NCBI RefSeq assembly: GCF_001194135.2
Contig: NC_068983.1
Location: 142,416,195 to 142,479,552, forward strand
Direction: 5' to 3'
DNA from: Octopus bimaculoides
Lineage: Eukaryota
DNA length: 63,358 bases
This document shows positions 63,321 through 63,358 of the stretch, one piece after another (the stretch's first letter is position 1; each line of letters opens with the position of its first letter). The position numbers and the translations under genes are program-made. The notes beneath the pieces were generated by a model that was given only the letters and a program-made list of their open reading frames with translations, made no database searches and was not told where the DNA came from.

Positions 63321-63358
<38 letters not shown>

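Overview
AT-rich, gap-ridden eukaryotic DNA that is almost entirely decayed transposable elements (TEs) and microsatellites. I infer Octopus from the tRNA-derived SINE families and the extreme (TA)n/(TACA)n/(GA)n load; no database search was run. I found no supportable host protein-coding exon, rRNA, tRNA gene or CRISPR array. Most long ORFs in the track are artefacts of N-gaps or microsatellites. Recognisable elements: three SINE families; Tc1 and mariner elements, including one full-length Tc1 with both terminal inverted repeats (TIRs); a hAT Charlie/Buster-type transposase and two hAT MITEs; a Chapaev3-like transposase; a Helitron 3' end; CR1/L2-like LINE pieces; R4/Dong-like and HERO-like restriction-like-endonuclease (RLE) retrotransposons; and Penelope RT and GIY-YIG remnants. 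The best second-look items are: (1) a type I hammerhead ribozyme fold at 6165-6229 (-); (2) a vertebrate-like hAT transposase, a possible horizontal transfer; (3) a ~550-bp foldback palindrome; (4) a 450-bp inverted duplication linked to a 65-bp direct repeat; (5) a perfect 39-nt palindrome inside a SINE; and (6) an RT-RLE deletion derivative whose 3' UTR carries a microsatellite. I cannot claim a wholly new system; the hammerhead-bearing repeat is the strongest candidate for an undescribed element. All family assignments and identities were made by eye.
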